Shown here in pieces: positions 27,722-36,205 of a DNA stretch of 64,000 nt. Below the pieces are notes generated by a model, which worked only from the letters and a program-made list of their open reading frames with translations, made no database searches and had not been told where the DNA came from. This DNA comes from Spirochaetota bacterium (lineage in GTDB: Bacteria > Spirochaetota > UBA4802 > UBA5550). Every line of letters begins with the position of its first letter. The first letter of the stretch is position 1. A program made the translations under genes and the position numbers. The stretch covers positions 3,629-67,628 of the forward strand of contig DAONFJ010000005.1 in assembly GCA_035403545.1 (NCBI GenBank). Reading direction: 5' to 3'.

Positions 27722-28594
27722 ATGAAAATAAATAAAGAACTGATAAAATCGATAATTAGTGATTTGCCTTCAAAAATAAAGCAGGTTACCGGAACAATTT
27801 ATAATTTACCGCATTCAGGTAAATATCTTTTACTCTCGCTAGTTTTATTAATTTTATTTTTAATAATGTCATTCCCGTATGATTTTCTAATTAAAAAAAA
27901 GATTTACGGACTCGAAGGTAAATCATTCCGATCTATTGAATTTTCAGGATTCGATTTCAGTATTTTCAGTGAAACTTATATTGATAATTTAATTATTGTT
28001 TTGAATAACAGCAATGAGATAACCTGTAAAAACGCTATAGTTAATTTAACTCTTAATCCGGTCACTTTATTCATCAATAACAAATTAAAGTCAGATTTTC
28101 AGTTCGATTCCCTGAAATACAGCGGGAAAGATTTTGAGTTAATCTTTAATGTTAACGGAAATATGAATCTGACACTCGATAAACAAACCAGTATACCCAA
28201 AGACGGGCCTGTGAAAATAATCATAAGTGATTCAAATATTAAACTTAATAATATCAGTATACCTGGGCCTATGGGCCCGCTCCCGCTGAAAATAGAATCC
28301 GTTAATATTCAGAGCGGTAATATTGACTCTGTTATAACAAATGGAATCCTGAAATTTAACTCTTTTAAATTAACAGGGAGCGATATTTCCTGTGATATAA
28401 CCGGTTCCATTGAATTAACAAATAATTCCAGAATCGATTTAATCGTAAACATCGATTCGGAGTCGGCTGTACTTGATCAGTATAAAGACGTGCTGGCCTC
28501 TTTTATAAAAAATAATATCCTTTCACTAAGAATTAAGGGAACTCTGTCAAAACCCGAATTGGCAATAAACAGTGCAGAAAAAAATGAAAATTGA
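27722..28594 (+). CDS. gspN: GspN-like bitopic protein
   Basis: Single TM and a beta-rich periplasmic region. It is the last gene of the cluster. Assignment is by position only. Confidence 0.35.
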   Translation: MKINKELIKSIISDLPSKIKQVTGTIYNLPHSGKYLLLSLVLLILFLIMSFPYDFLIKKKIYGLEGKSFRSIEFSGFDFSIFSETYIDNLIIVLNNSNEITCKNAIVNLTLNPVTLFINNKLKSDFQFDSLKYSGKDFELIFNVNGNMNLTLDKQTSIPKDGPVKIIISDSNIKLNNISIPGPMGPLPLKIESVNIQSGNIDSVITNGILKFNSFKLTGSDISCDITGSIELTNNSRIDLIVNIDSESAVLDQYKDVLASFIKNNILSLRIKGTLSKPELAINSAEKNEN

Positions 28595-30317
28595 AATGGC
28601 AAAACATTCCGGCTTTTGTATGGGAGTCAGAAAAGCAATTCTTAGAATAGTTGATGAACTAAATTCATCTGAAGAAAAAATTTATATGTACGGCCCTCTG
28701 ATTCACAATCCACAGACAATTGAAGTTCTTAAAAACCGTGGACTCATAACAATTAATTCTCTTGATGATTTGAATAACAGGCAGATTGCAATCAGAACTC
28801 ATGGTATTCCGATTGACGAGAACAAAAGGATAAGGGCAAACGCGTTACGTACAATCAATTTAACCTGTTCAAGAGTTGCCAGAGTACAATCTATCATAAA
28901 GAAATATTCAGGTGCCGGTTATTATACAATAATAATCGGAGATAAAGACCACGCTGAAGTAACCGGATTAAAAAGTTATGCCTGTGCAGGTGTACATGTA
29001 GTATCTAATGTGAATGACATAAAAGGAATTGCTGAAGCCGAAAAATATATTATTGTATCCCAAACTACACATGAACGAAATCAGTTTGACCAGCTTGTAT
29101 CAGAAATATCAAAAAAATTTAAAAACGTATATGTAATAGATACTATATGTGACTCAACAAGGTTAAGGCAGGACGATGTAAAAAACGGAATTATAAAAGG
29201 AATAGACACCCTTGTAGTTGTTGGAGGGAAAAATTCAGCTAATACATCACGTCTTTTAAAAATTGGTATCGATAATGGAATAAAATCATTTCATATAGAA
29301 ACGGATGCTGAATTAAAAAAAGAGGATTTTAAAGATAGTAAATATGTTCTTGTTACGGCAGGTGCCTCTACTCCCGGCTGGATAATTAATAATGTTTTGG
29401 AAAGACTTTATATAATAAAAAATGAAAGCAGTAATTTTCTGGTAAAATCTGTAAAACATTATATTGAATTATTGATAAGAAGCAATATTGTTTCTTCTGC
29501 GGCATCAATGTTTATGGTCTTATTAGCACAACTTTACGCCGGAATCTCATTTGATATTCAGTATGGCATAATTGCTGCACTTTATATATTTGTAATGTAT
29601 TCAGTTAATAACTATCTCGACCGGAGCTTCCTTATAAAAAGCAATTCATATAAATATAAAATTTATGATAAATATGGATCTTATCTGCTGTTTTCATCGA
29701 TCATTTCATTTATCGCGTCTTTATATATTGCAATGAGTATCTCGTTGTCCCTGACACTTTTATTATTAGTTCCATACATTTTCGGATTAATCTATTCTAC
29801 TCCGGTTATTAAAAATATTGTAAAAGGTATTAATTTTAACCTTCTTAAAAAAATTTATAACACAAAGATTGTCACCGGTTTAGGCTGGCTTGTTGCAGTA
29901 ATAATAATTCCGTATCACGGCAATAGTGTATCATGGCAAATATATCTTTCAGCAGGTTTGTTCTTCTTTATGTTTGTTTTCATCAGGCATCTGATAATTG
30001 ATTTTGTTGCATTTCAGGGAGATCTGATACTCGGGCGGGATACGCTGCCGACATGGCTTGGTGTAAAAAATGTAATAACACTATCTTATGTGACTATACT
30101 GCTAAGTTCTTTAGTCTTTATAATTGTATCAATTACATCAGGCATGTCTCTCTTCTTATTGCTTCTCATATGCATTATTTACTATGTTTTACTGCTGAAA
30201 AAAATACAAAAAACAGATTATCTTATTTCGCTGAGATATGAATTTATAGTCGACTTAAATTATCTGATTATGGCAATTCTTTATTTTGTGATCAGATTTT
30301 CACCAGCTTTACTTTAG
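28572..30317 (+). CDS. ispH: Fusion: 4-hydroxy-3-methylbut-2-enyl diphosphate reductase (IspH) + polytopic UbiA-like prenyltransferase domain
   Basis: aa 1-285 carry the IspH motifs GFCMGV, LTCSRV, DKDHAEV, TICDSTRLRQ and GGKNSANTS. aa ~300-581 carry 8-9 hydrophobic helices with NNYLDR and D-x6-DLILGRDTLPTWLG. The true start may be the ATG at 28584 or 28596. Confidence 0.8.
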   Translation: MQKKMKIEMAKHSGFCMGVRKAILRIVDELNSSEEKIYMYGPLIHNPQTIEVLKNRGLITINSLDDLNNRQIAIRTHGIPIDENKRIRANALRTINLTCSRVARVQSIIKKYSGAGYYTIIIGDKDHAEVTGLKSYACAGVHVVSNVNDIKGIAEAEKYIIVSQTTHERNQFDQLVSEISKKFKNVYVIDTICDSTRLRQDDVKNGIIKGIDTLVVVGGKNSANTSRLLKIGIDNGIKSFHIETDAELKKEDFKDSKYVLVTAGASTPGWIINNVLERLYIIKNESSNFLVKSVKHYIELLIRSNIVSSAASMFMVLLAQLYAGISFDIQYGIIAALYIFVMYSVNNYLDRSFLIKSNSYKYKIYDKYGSYLLFSSIISFIASLYIAMSISLSLTLLLLVPYIFGLIYSTPVIKNIVKGINFNLLKKIYNTKIVTGLGWLVAVIIIPYHGNSVSWQIYLSAGLFFFMFVFIRHLIIDFVAFQGDLILGRDTLPTWLGVKNVITLSYVTILLSSLVFIIVSITSGMSLFLLLLICIIYYVLLLKKIQKTDYLISLRYEFIVDLNYLIMAILYFVIRFSPALL

Positions 30318-31218
30318 GGCCTGTAAAAATTTTTAACTCATTTTCAGCAGTATAGATATCTCCGTCCATAGTGTACTCAAAAATTCCTTTCTGTTTTATT
30401 AAAATAGATTTTCCAAATACATTTAAATATTTCGGAGATTTAATTCTTTTACCGGTTCTAATTTTATTCAGGTATCTTAAAATTCCTCTCGGGTTCATTC
30501 CCAGAACAATAACCTGAAATGTTCCGTCAGATTGAACTGCTTCAATTAAAGGTGAGAATCCCATGCCTATATGCTCTACTGTTCCGGCAAGGATTCCCGA
30601 TACAGGATTAATCAGAACCTTTTTCCCGTCAATAAAAACGGCCTGCTCGGTTAACCTGAAAATTTCACCGTCTTTAATGTTAAGAATCCCCTCCTTCGCG
30701 CCCATGAATGCAACCTGAAGGTTCCTGTAAAGACCTTTTTCCTTACCTGAATATGCCTTATTCAGAAAATTAGTAACAAGTCCTGTACCGAAGAGAAAAC
30801 AATATTTATCCAATATTTTTATTGTATAACGATCTTCTGTTTTTATAATTTTTTCTTCCCCGATTCGTTTCAATAATCGTTTTAACAATGCCGGACCTCG
30901 ACCTTTTAATTTTACAGATCTGGCAATATTATCCATTGTTCCTTCTTTAAGAATAAGTACTGGAGGCACAGGCTCCGGATGAAAAGCATTTATCAGTTCA
31001 CTTAAAACCAGGTGAATAGTACCATCTCCTCCGCCTATGCAGATGTAATCAAGCTTATTGGATCTATATTTTTTTGCCGTTTCTTTCAGTTGTTCAATAT
31101 TTTCCGGAGTGCTGATTATGACGTTTTCTGAATTGTGATCCATATATGTACCTATAGAAGCTCTGCCGGTTCTGAACTTTTTTGCATTGGGATTTATAAT
31201 TACACCTATTTTTTTCAT
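30292..31218 (-). CDS. Diacylglycerol-kinase-fold lipid kinase (YegS/BmrU family)
   Basis: KIGVIINPNAKK...ICIGGGDGTIHLV...GTMDNIAR. The 3' end overlaps the ispH-fusion 3' end by 26 nt. Confidence 0.7.
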   Translation of the reverse strand: MKKIGVIINPNAKKFRTGRASIGTYMDHNSENVIISTPENIEQLKETAKKYRSNKLDYICIGGGDGTIHLVLSELINAFHPEPVPPVLILKEGTMDNIARSVKLKGRGPALLKRLLKRIGEEKIIKTEDRYTIKILDKYCFLFGTGLVTNFLNKAYSGKEKGLYRNLQVAFMGAKEGILNIKDGEIFRLTEQAVFIDGKKVLINPVSGILAGTVEHIGMGFSPLIEAVQSDGTFQVIVLGMNPRGILRYLNKIRTGKRIKSPKYLNVFGKSILIKQKGIFEYTMDGDIYTAENELKIFTGPKVKLVKI

Positions 31219-31520
31219 TAAAATACTCCGTTTTTATATTAAATAATATCTTGCAATTATTATGTAACTGCTCAAAAACTGGTGATGAATTAAATTTCTG
31301 CATAACTTTGAAACGCGGAAATCACAATAAAAATGATATTTGAATAGTTACATTACTATAAAGGAAATAAGAGTAATTTTTATTCAATAAAAAATTAAAA
31401 AATATATCAGTATTTAGTTCCTTAATTCTTTATAAACTAAAATGCTTAAATATACCCGCCAGTCAAGGCGGATGCCGTTCTGTTCTAAAATATATAATCA
31501 GGAAGTACTGCTAAAATTAT

Positions 31521-32810
31521 ATGATTAATGATATTCTAAATAAGTATTTGAACAATGAAAAATCAGGGGAAGTAACCGGTTATTCCATGGACGGTATTAC
31601 CAGACTTCTGAACCATCTTCGTAATCCGCATAAAAATTTCAAATCATTGCATATTGCCGGTACAAACGGAAAAGGTTCGACGGCCTTTATGCTTTCAACA
31701 ATTCTCGAAAAATCAGGATACAAAACAGGGCTTTATACTTCACCTCATCTTATTACAATTAATGAACGTATAAAGATAAATTCCTGTGACATAGACGATT
31801 CCCGCCTGTACAAATATATAAGTGATATTGACTGTATTGTCGGCAATGATAAAACTTTATCGCCAACATATTTTGATATATTGACTGCCGCTGCTTTTGC
31901 ATATTTCAGTGATGAATCAGTTGATATTGCTGTAATAGAAACAGGCCTTGGCGGAAGGCTGGATTCCACAAATGTGGTCACACCTGAAATATCCATAATT
32001 ACTGATATTTCAATGGATCATATTCACATACTCGGTGATAAAATTTCAGACATAACAAAAGAAAAGTGCGGTATTATCAAACCGGCTATCCCTGTAATTA
32101 CCTCTAATACTGATCCCGAGATTATTAGTATAATAGAACAATACTCCAGTATAAATGAGTCAAAGCTATATTTGTATAATCGTGATTTTTTTACACAAAA
32201 TATACGAAGAGATAATAATCATTTTGTATTTGATTATTCAGCGGATGATACTATTCTTCCCGATATCAGTCTTTCACTTTTTCCTGTGCATCAGGTGAAA
32301 AACAGTTCCGTTGTAATAACTGCATTATCATGTTTAAAAACGAATGGTTTTCCGGCTATTTTGTATTCTGCAATATACAGAGAACTTAAAAAAATACAAG
32401 TCCCGGGAAGATTTCAAATACTGCGAGCTGATCCATTAATTATTTATGATCCTGCACATAATTATGATTCACTGAAAAACCTGCTAAATGGCCTTGAAAC
32501 ATACTACTCTGACAAAAAGAAAGTCTTTATATTTTCGATGATGAAAGATAAGGCAGATGCTAAAACACTCGAGTTGCTGACAGATCTGGATGTTGTATAT
32601 TTTCTTCTGGATGATGAGCGGGCCTATAAACCTGATAATAAGTTTAAATTAATTATCTCTGACGAAAATATTATAGTTGATATTTTGCAAAAAGTAGATG
32701 ATATAAATAGTATGATTATATTCACAGGGACATTCAGAATTTATAATCATGCAGTTAGAATTACAAAAAATTTTCAAAAACATGATTTGAATATTCGGGA
32801 TAAAGTATGA
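31521..32810 (+). CDS. folC: Folylpolyglutamate synthase / dihydrofolate synthase
   Basis: HIAGTNGKGST P-loop, SPHL, ETGLGGRLDSTNV, and a Mur-ligase C-terminal domain. Confidence 0.88.
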   Translation: MINDILNKYLNNEKSGEVTGYSMDGITRLLNHLRNPHKNFKSLHIAGTNGKGSTAFMLSTILEKSGYKTGLYTSPHLITINERIKINSCDIDDSRLYKYISDIDCIVGNDKTLSPTYFDILTAAAFAYFSDESVDIAVIETGLGGRLDSTNVVTPEISIITDISMDHIHILGDKISDITKEKCGIIKPAIPVITSNTDPEIISIIEQYSSINESKLYLYNRDFFTQNIRRDNNHFVFDYSADDTILPDISLSLFPVHQVKNSSVVITALSCLKTNGFPAILYSAIYRELKKIQVPGRFQILRADPLIIYDPAHNYDSLKNLLNGLETYYSDKKKVFIFSMMKDKADAKTLELLTDLDVVYFLLDDERAYKPDNKFKLIISDENIIVDILQKVDDINSMIIFTGTFRIYNHAVRITKNFQKHDLNIRDKV

Positions 32811-33733
32811 CAACAAAAGATGATCTGCTGGCTGAACTTATAGAAACGAAATATTTAATTCAGAATAATAATTTTAATCCGGAAATAGTAAAGAATACCT
32901 TACAAAAAATAGATTCAGTCCCATTCAATTCGTCTTTAAATAATTTAACTGATAAAAGTAATATGATTAAAAGTTTTCTGATTACTTTTAATGCAAACAA
33001 TTTTTCAGACCTTACATTATTATTCAATACGTCTTCAGATGAAGTGCGGGTAATTGAGTATGCAGGGAGTGAAATAATTTTAAATGAGTTTAATAACCTG
33101 ATCAAAACTGATTTAAAATTTTATAAAGATATTGATAAAATAAAAGTAAAGGAAAACAGTTTCCGTATTTTTTTTGAGTCAATGGAGAATGATAAGGGTA
33201 TATATACTGTTTTAACGATCACAGAGTCAGTTTTATTTAAACCGAGTAAGTTCCATATGCTTTGTGACATTATTCTGGATGTTATAAGATCGACTAATAT
33301 GTCGCACGGTTCAGTGTTTAATGATTTATTTGAAGATACTGCAATTGAAATTAATAGTTATATTTCTGCTAATGATATCACTGATTCTGAATTCTATATT
33401 TTTAAATTTGAAAATATTTACGATTTTTTTCTAAAAATGGGTCTGGAGATAATAATTGAACTTTCCGAAACAATAAAGAATAAATTAAGGGAAGTTTTTG
33501 GTGAAAGGTCAGCTGTTTTCAGGTTCTCTCTTTCAGAGTATATTGTAATATCGTCTGAAAATTTTTCTACGGATATCCGATCATCAGATTTAAATAACAG
33601 CAGCATGCTTAATTTTAATTATAAAGGTATAGTATTAAAACACCGCTGTATCAGAATACCTTATAAAAATAATCAATCGATCTATGATATTTTTGAAAAT
33701 ATTTATTCGATTAACGTGTATAATGGAAAATAA
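32807..33733 (+). CDS. Hypothetical protein; C-terminal half may be a fully degenerate GGDEF-like fold
   Basis: Start overlaps the folC stop (ATGA). FKFENIYDFFLKMG...AVFRFSLSEYIVIS resembles the DxDxFKxxND...RxGGDEF layout, but all catalytic residues are replaced. Confidence 0.35.
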   Translation: MTTKDDLLAELIETKYLIQNNNFNPEIVKNTLQKIDSVPFNSSLNNLTDKSNMIKSFLITFNANNFSDLTLLFNTSSDEVRVIEYAGSEIILNEFNNLIKTDLKFYKDIDKIKVKENSFRIFFESMENDKGIYTVLTITESVLFKPSKFHMLCDIILDVIRSTNMSHGSVFNDLFEDTAIEINSYISANDITDSEFYIFKFENIYDFFLKMGLEIIIELSETIKNKLREVFGERSAVFRFSLSEYIVISSENFSTDIRSSDLNNSSMLNFNYKGIVLKHRCIRIPYKNNQSIYDIFENIYSINVYNGK

Positions 33734-33754
33734 ATATATCGTTGTAATTTCTCA

Positions 33755-36103
33755 TCATTCGCCGATGTTAACATTTTTTTTCCTCGTAATTAAATCAGCA
33801 AATTTTTTTATCAGATCGTGTTTTAATCCAACATAATAATCATCTTTTTTAATTATAACTGAATGTTTTTGGAGAAATTTTAAACCTTCATTGAAAATAT
33901 CCTTTTCGGATTTGTTAATTATAATTCTATTATCCGTTACATATTTATTAATTAATTTTTTCAACCTTGAAGTCTTTATTATAAAATTATTTTCTAAGAT
34001 AATTCCGGAAATTATATAATGAGGCAGTATAATATCATCAAGCACCCATATCTTCTGAATCAGCTCGGCTATTGAAATCTGCAAGTGAGATTGTTTTGTG
34101 TATTCGGATAAAAAAACCGGCGATGAAAAATTGATCGCAACCTGTTCAGTAAATAATTCTTTAATCTCCGATTCGTCCAATCTGTTTCTATAAGTAATTT
34201 CAGCGGGTATTAGAACTACTTCTGTTGTTTCTTTAAACATCACGCTGTTCAGCATATTAAAAAATTTGTCATTTGGAACTGCCTGAGCAGACTCTGTCCC
34301 CTGCAGTTCAGGAAAATATAAAAAAGGAACTCCATGGCTTGCAAGTATAGAAACGTACTCCATAATAGATTCAAGATACAGTTTGTTATTTAATTTTGAT
34401 TGGTGTATTATAAATCCGCCGCACTTCCGTGTAAGATATTTAATAAATTTATTTTTCAGTAATTCCGATGGAACAAAAAATCTTGGTACAGGAAGAATAT
34501 ATTGGCTGATCGCATAAGAGTAATAAATGCAGTCATTTACATTTTTAAATTTAGCAGTATAAATCGTATTAGCACTATTTCTCAAACTATGTAAATTATG
34601 AAAATCGCCGGTGATAGTGATACTGTTTCTATTCCCGATCAGTTTTTTCCAGTAATATTTGAAAGTAATAAAATTAACAAATAGTCTGTAAAAAAATGGA
34701 TTATAGTAATCCATGGTTTCTTTTAAATATAAATTTATTATTTTTTTTAAAGTTTTTTCCGAGTTATTCGATACAAATTCAGACAGCAGTTTCAATTCAT
34801 TTTTTAATAAAACAGTATGCTTAATTTCATTTTCCTGAAGCATGCATTTTAGATTGGAAATGATTTCATTTTCTGATTCACCTGTTACGGTATTGTTTGT
34901 TTTATGTTTCTCAATTAATTGCTTCAATATCAGTTTTTTAAATGCTTTCCCTCTAAGTGTTTCCAGCCCTTTCTTTTTATCTTTTACATGGATTTTAGTA
35001 TTATTATAAATCTCTTCAAAATTATCCGGATTTTTTATCGTTTCAATTAACAGGGACGGTTCTTTTTTATTTAACAGTACTTCATAAAGAGATCTGTAAA
35101 CAGGAATTGAAATGGAATTCCTGTCGGCGAGTTCAATTAAAGGTTCAATCGCATAAGCACCCTCAGCTAGATAATGAAGCTTTTTACTCATCTTCTCGAG
35201 AACGTACTCGGGTTTAAACCGCAGATAAATTTTATCAGTCCAGGAGAGAATCGTACCTTTTTCAACTATCTGCTTTGCAATATCTTTTCCAAATCTTCTG
35301 TTTCTGCTATGTTCACTCAATGCTGTTGCTACAAGGTCACCGGTTCCTGAAATATCAATTATAGTTTCAGTTCGCGCTCCAAGAAAGTTTCCCAGACGTA
35401 TCATTTCCTTTAAGGATTCAGCAATGAGTGCTCCTTCAAGATTATCACCGCATTGAGGCAGCTTGGTTATCATCCCGGCAGCTATCGCAGCCGGATTTTT
35501 TAATGTACCGCCAAGATCAACTCCGATTATATCATCAGTTTCTCTGCATTGAAGATAGTAGCAATTCAGAAGTTCTGAAAAAAATTTTCTGTCTCCCGCA
35601 TGATGTCCTGCTACTGAAACTGTAGTATGGAAATATTTCACAACTTCTTCAGCATGGCTCGGACCGGATATCCCTACTACCCTGTTGCTATACCTGGGAA
35701 AAATTTTTGATATTGCCTGTGATATGGTCAATATTTCATTGTTGATTTTACAGAAACCTTTTGTCAGGTATGCAAGTGGTATATCTTCTTTCAGCAATCT
35801 TGCTATTTTTTGTATTGTATCCGGTATTATTTTTGACGGGGTTGCAATTATGATTCCTTCAGTGTTGAGCAGTGATTCCCTCAAGTGGGTTGTAGCTTTT
35901 ATATTGTAGGGGAGTTTGATTCCTGGAAGAAATTCACTATTCAGATTTTTTGAGTTTATAGAGTTCGCGGTTGATTTTTCATATGACCACATTTTTACAA
36001 TTGTACCGGGATTGTTCTCTGCGATAACTTTTCCAATCGCAGTTCCCCATGAGCCGGCACCAATAATGGTTATTTGTTTATTCTTGTTGTATAATTCTGG
36101 CAT
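33755..36103 (-). CDS. gpsA: Fusion: NAD(P)H-dependent glycerol-3-phosphate dehydrogenase (GpsA) + PlsB-like acyltransferase-fold domain
   Basis: aa 10-345 read ITIIGAGSWGTA, GPSHAEEV, DLGGTLKNPAAIAAG, SRNRRFG, AEG. aa ~500-650 align to PlsB blocks (FIIHQ / NKLY / FPELQGTES / VVLIPAEITY). Confidence 0.75.
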   Translation of the reverse strand: MPELYNKNKQITIIGAGSWGTAIGKVIAENNPGTIVKMWSYEKSTANSINSKNLNSEFLPGIKLPYNIKATTHLRESLLNTEGIIIATPSKIIPDTIQKIARLLKEDIPLAYLTKGFCKINNEILTISQAISKIFPRYSNRVVGISGPSHAEEVVKYFHTTVSVAGHHAGDRKFFSELLNCYYLQCRETDDIIGVDLGGTLKNPAAIAAGMITKLPQCGDNLEGALIAESLKEMIRLGNFLGARTETIIDISGTGDLVATALSEHSRNRRFGKDIAKQIVEKGTILSWTDKIYLRFKPEYVLEKMSKKLHYLAEGAYAIEPLIELADRNSISIPVYRSLYEVLLNKKEPSLLIETIKNPDNFEEIYNNTKIHVKDKKKGLETLRGKAFKKLILKQLIEKHKTNNTVTGESENEIISNLKCMLQENEIKHTVLLKNELKLLSEFVSNNSEKTLKKIINLYLKETMDYYNPFFYRLFVNFITFKYYWKKLIGNRNSITITGDFHNLHSLRNSANTIYTAKFKNVNDCIYYSYAISQYILPVPRFFVPSELLKNKFIKYLTRKCGGFIIHQSKLNNKLYLESIMEYVSILASHGVPFLYFPELQGTESAQAVPNDKFFNMLNSVMFKETTEVVLIPAEITYRNRLDESEIKELFTEQVAINFSSPVFLSEYTKQSHLQISIAELIQKIWVLDDIILPHYIISGIILENNFIIKTSRLKKLINKYVTDNRIIINKSEKDIFNEGLKFLQKHSVIIKKDDYYVGLKHDLIKKFADLITRKKNVNIGE

Positions 36104-36167
36104 TTTATTCGTTTTTAATAAATTCCATTTTCAGATATTTAGAACAAATGGTTTATAAATGCAAGAC

Positions 36168-36198
36168 AAAGGGGCCTGTCATAATCTGCGGCCCCTTT
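36168..36198 (-). terminator. Intrinsic terminator downstream of rpoD
   Basis: AAAGGGGCC (36168-36176) pairs with GGCCCCTTT (36190-36198) across a 13-nt loop. The flanks are T-rich on both strands. Confidence 0.5.
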
Positions 36199-36205
36199 CC
36201 TTTTA

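Noticed and set aside
31219-31520. 302-bp spacer upstream of folC with a short GC hairpin (CCGCC-agtcaa-GGCGG at 31456-31471). Considered as a THF riboswitch or terminator.
   Set aside because: The stem is only 5 bp, there is no U-tract, and it does not resemble the THF riboswitch consensus as I remember it.
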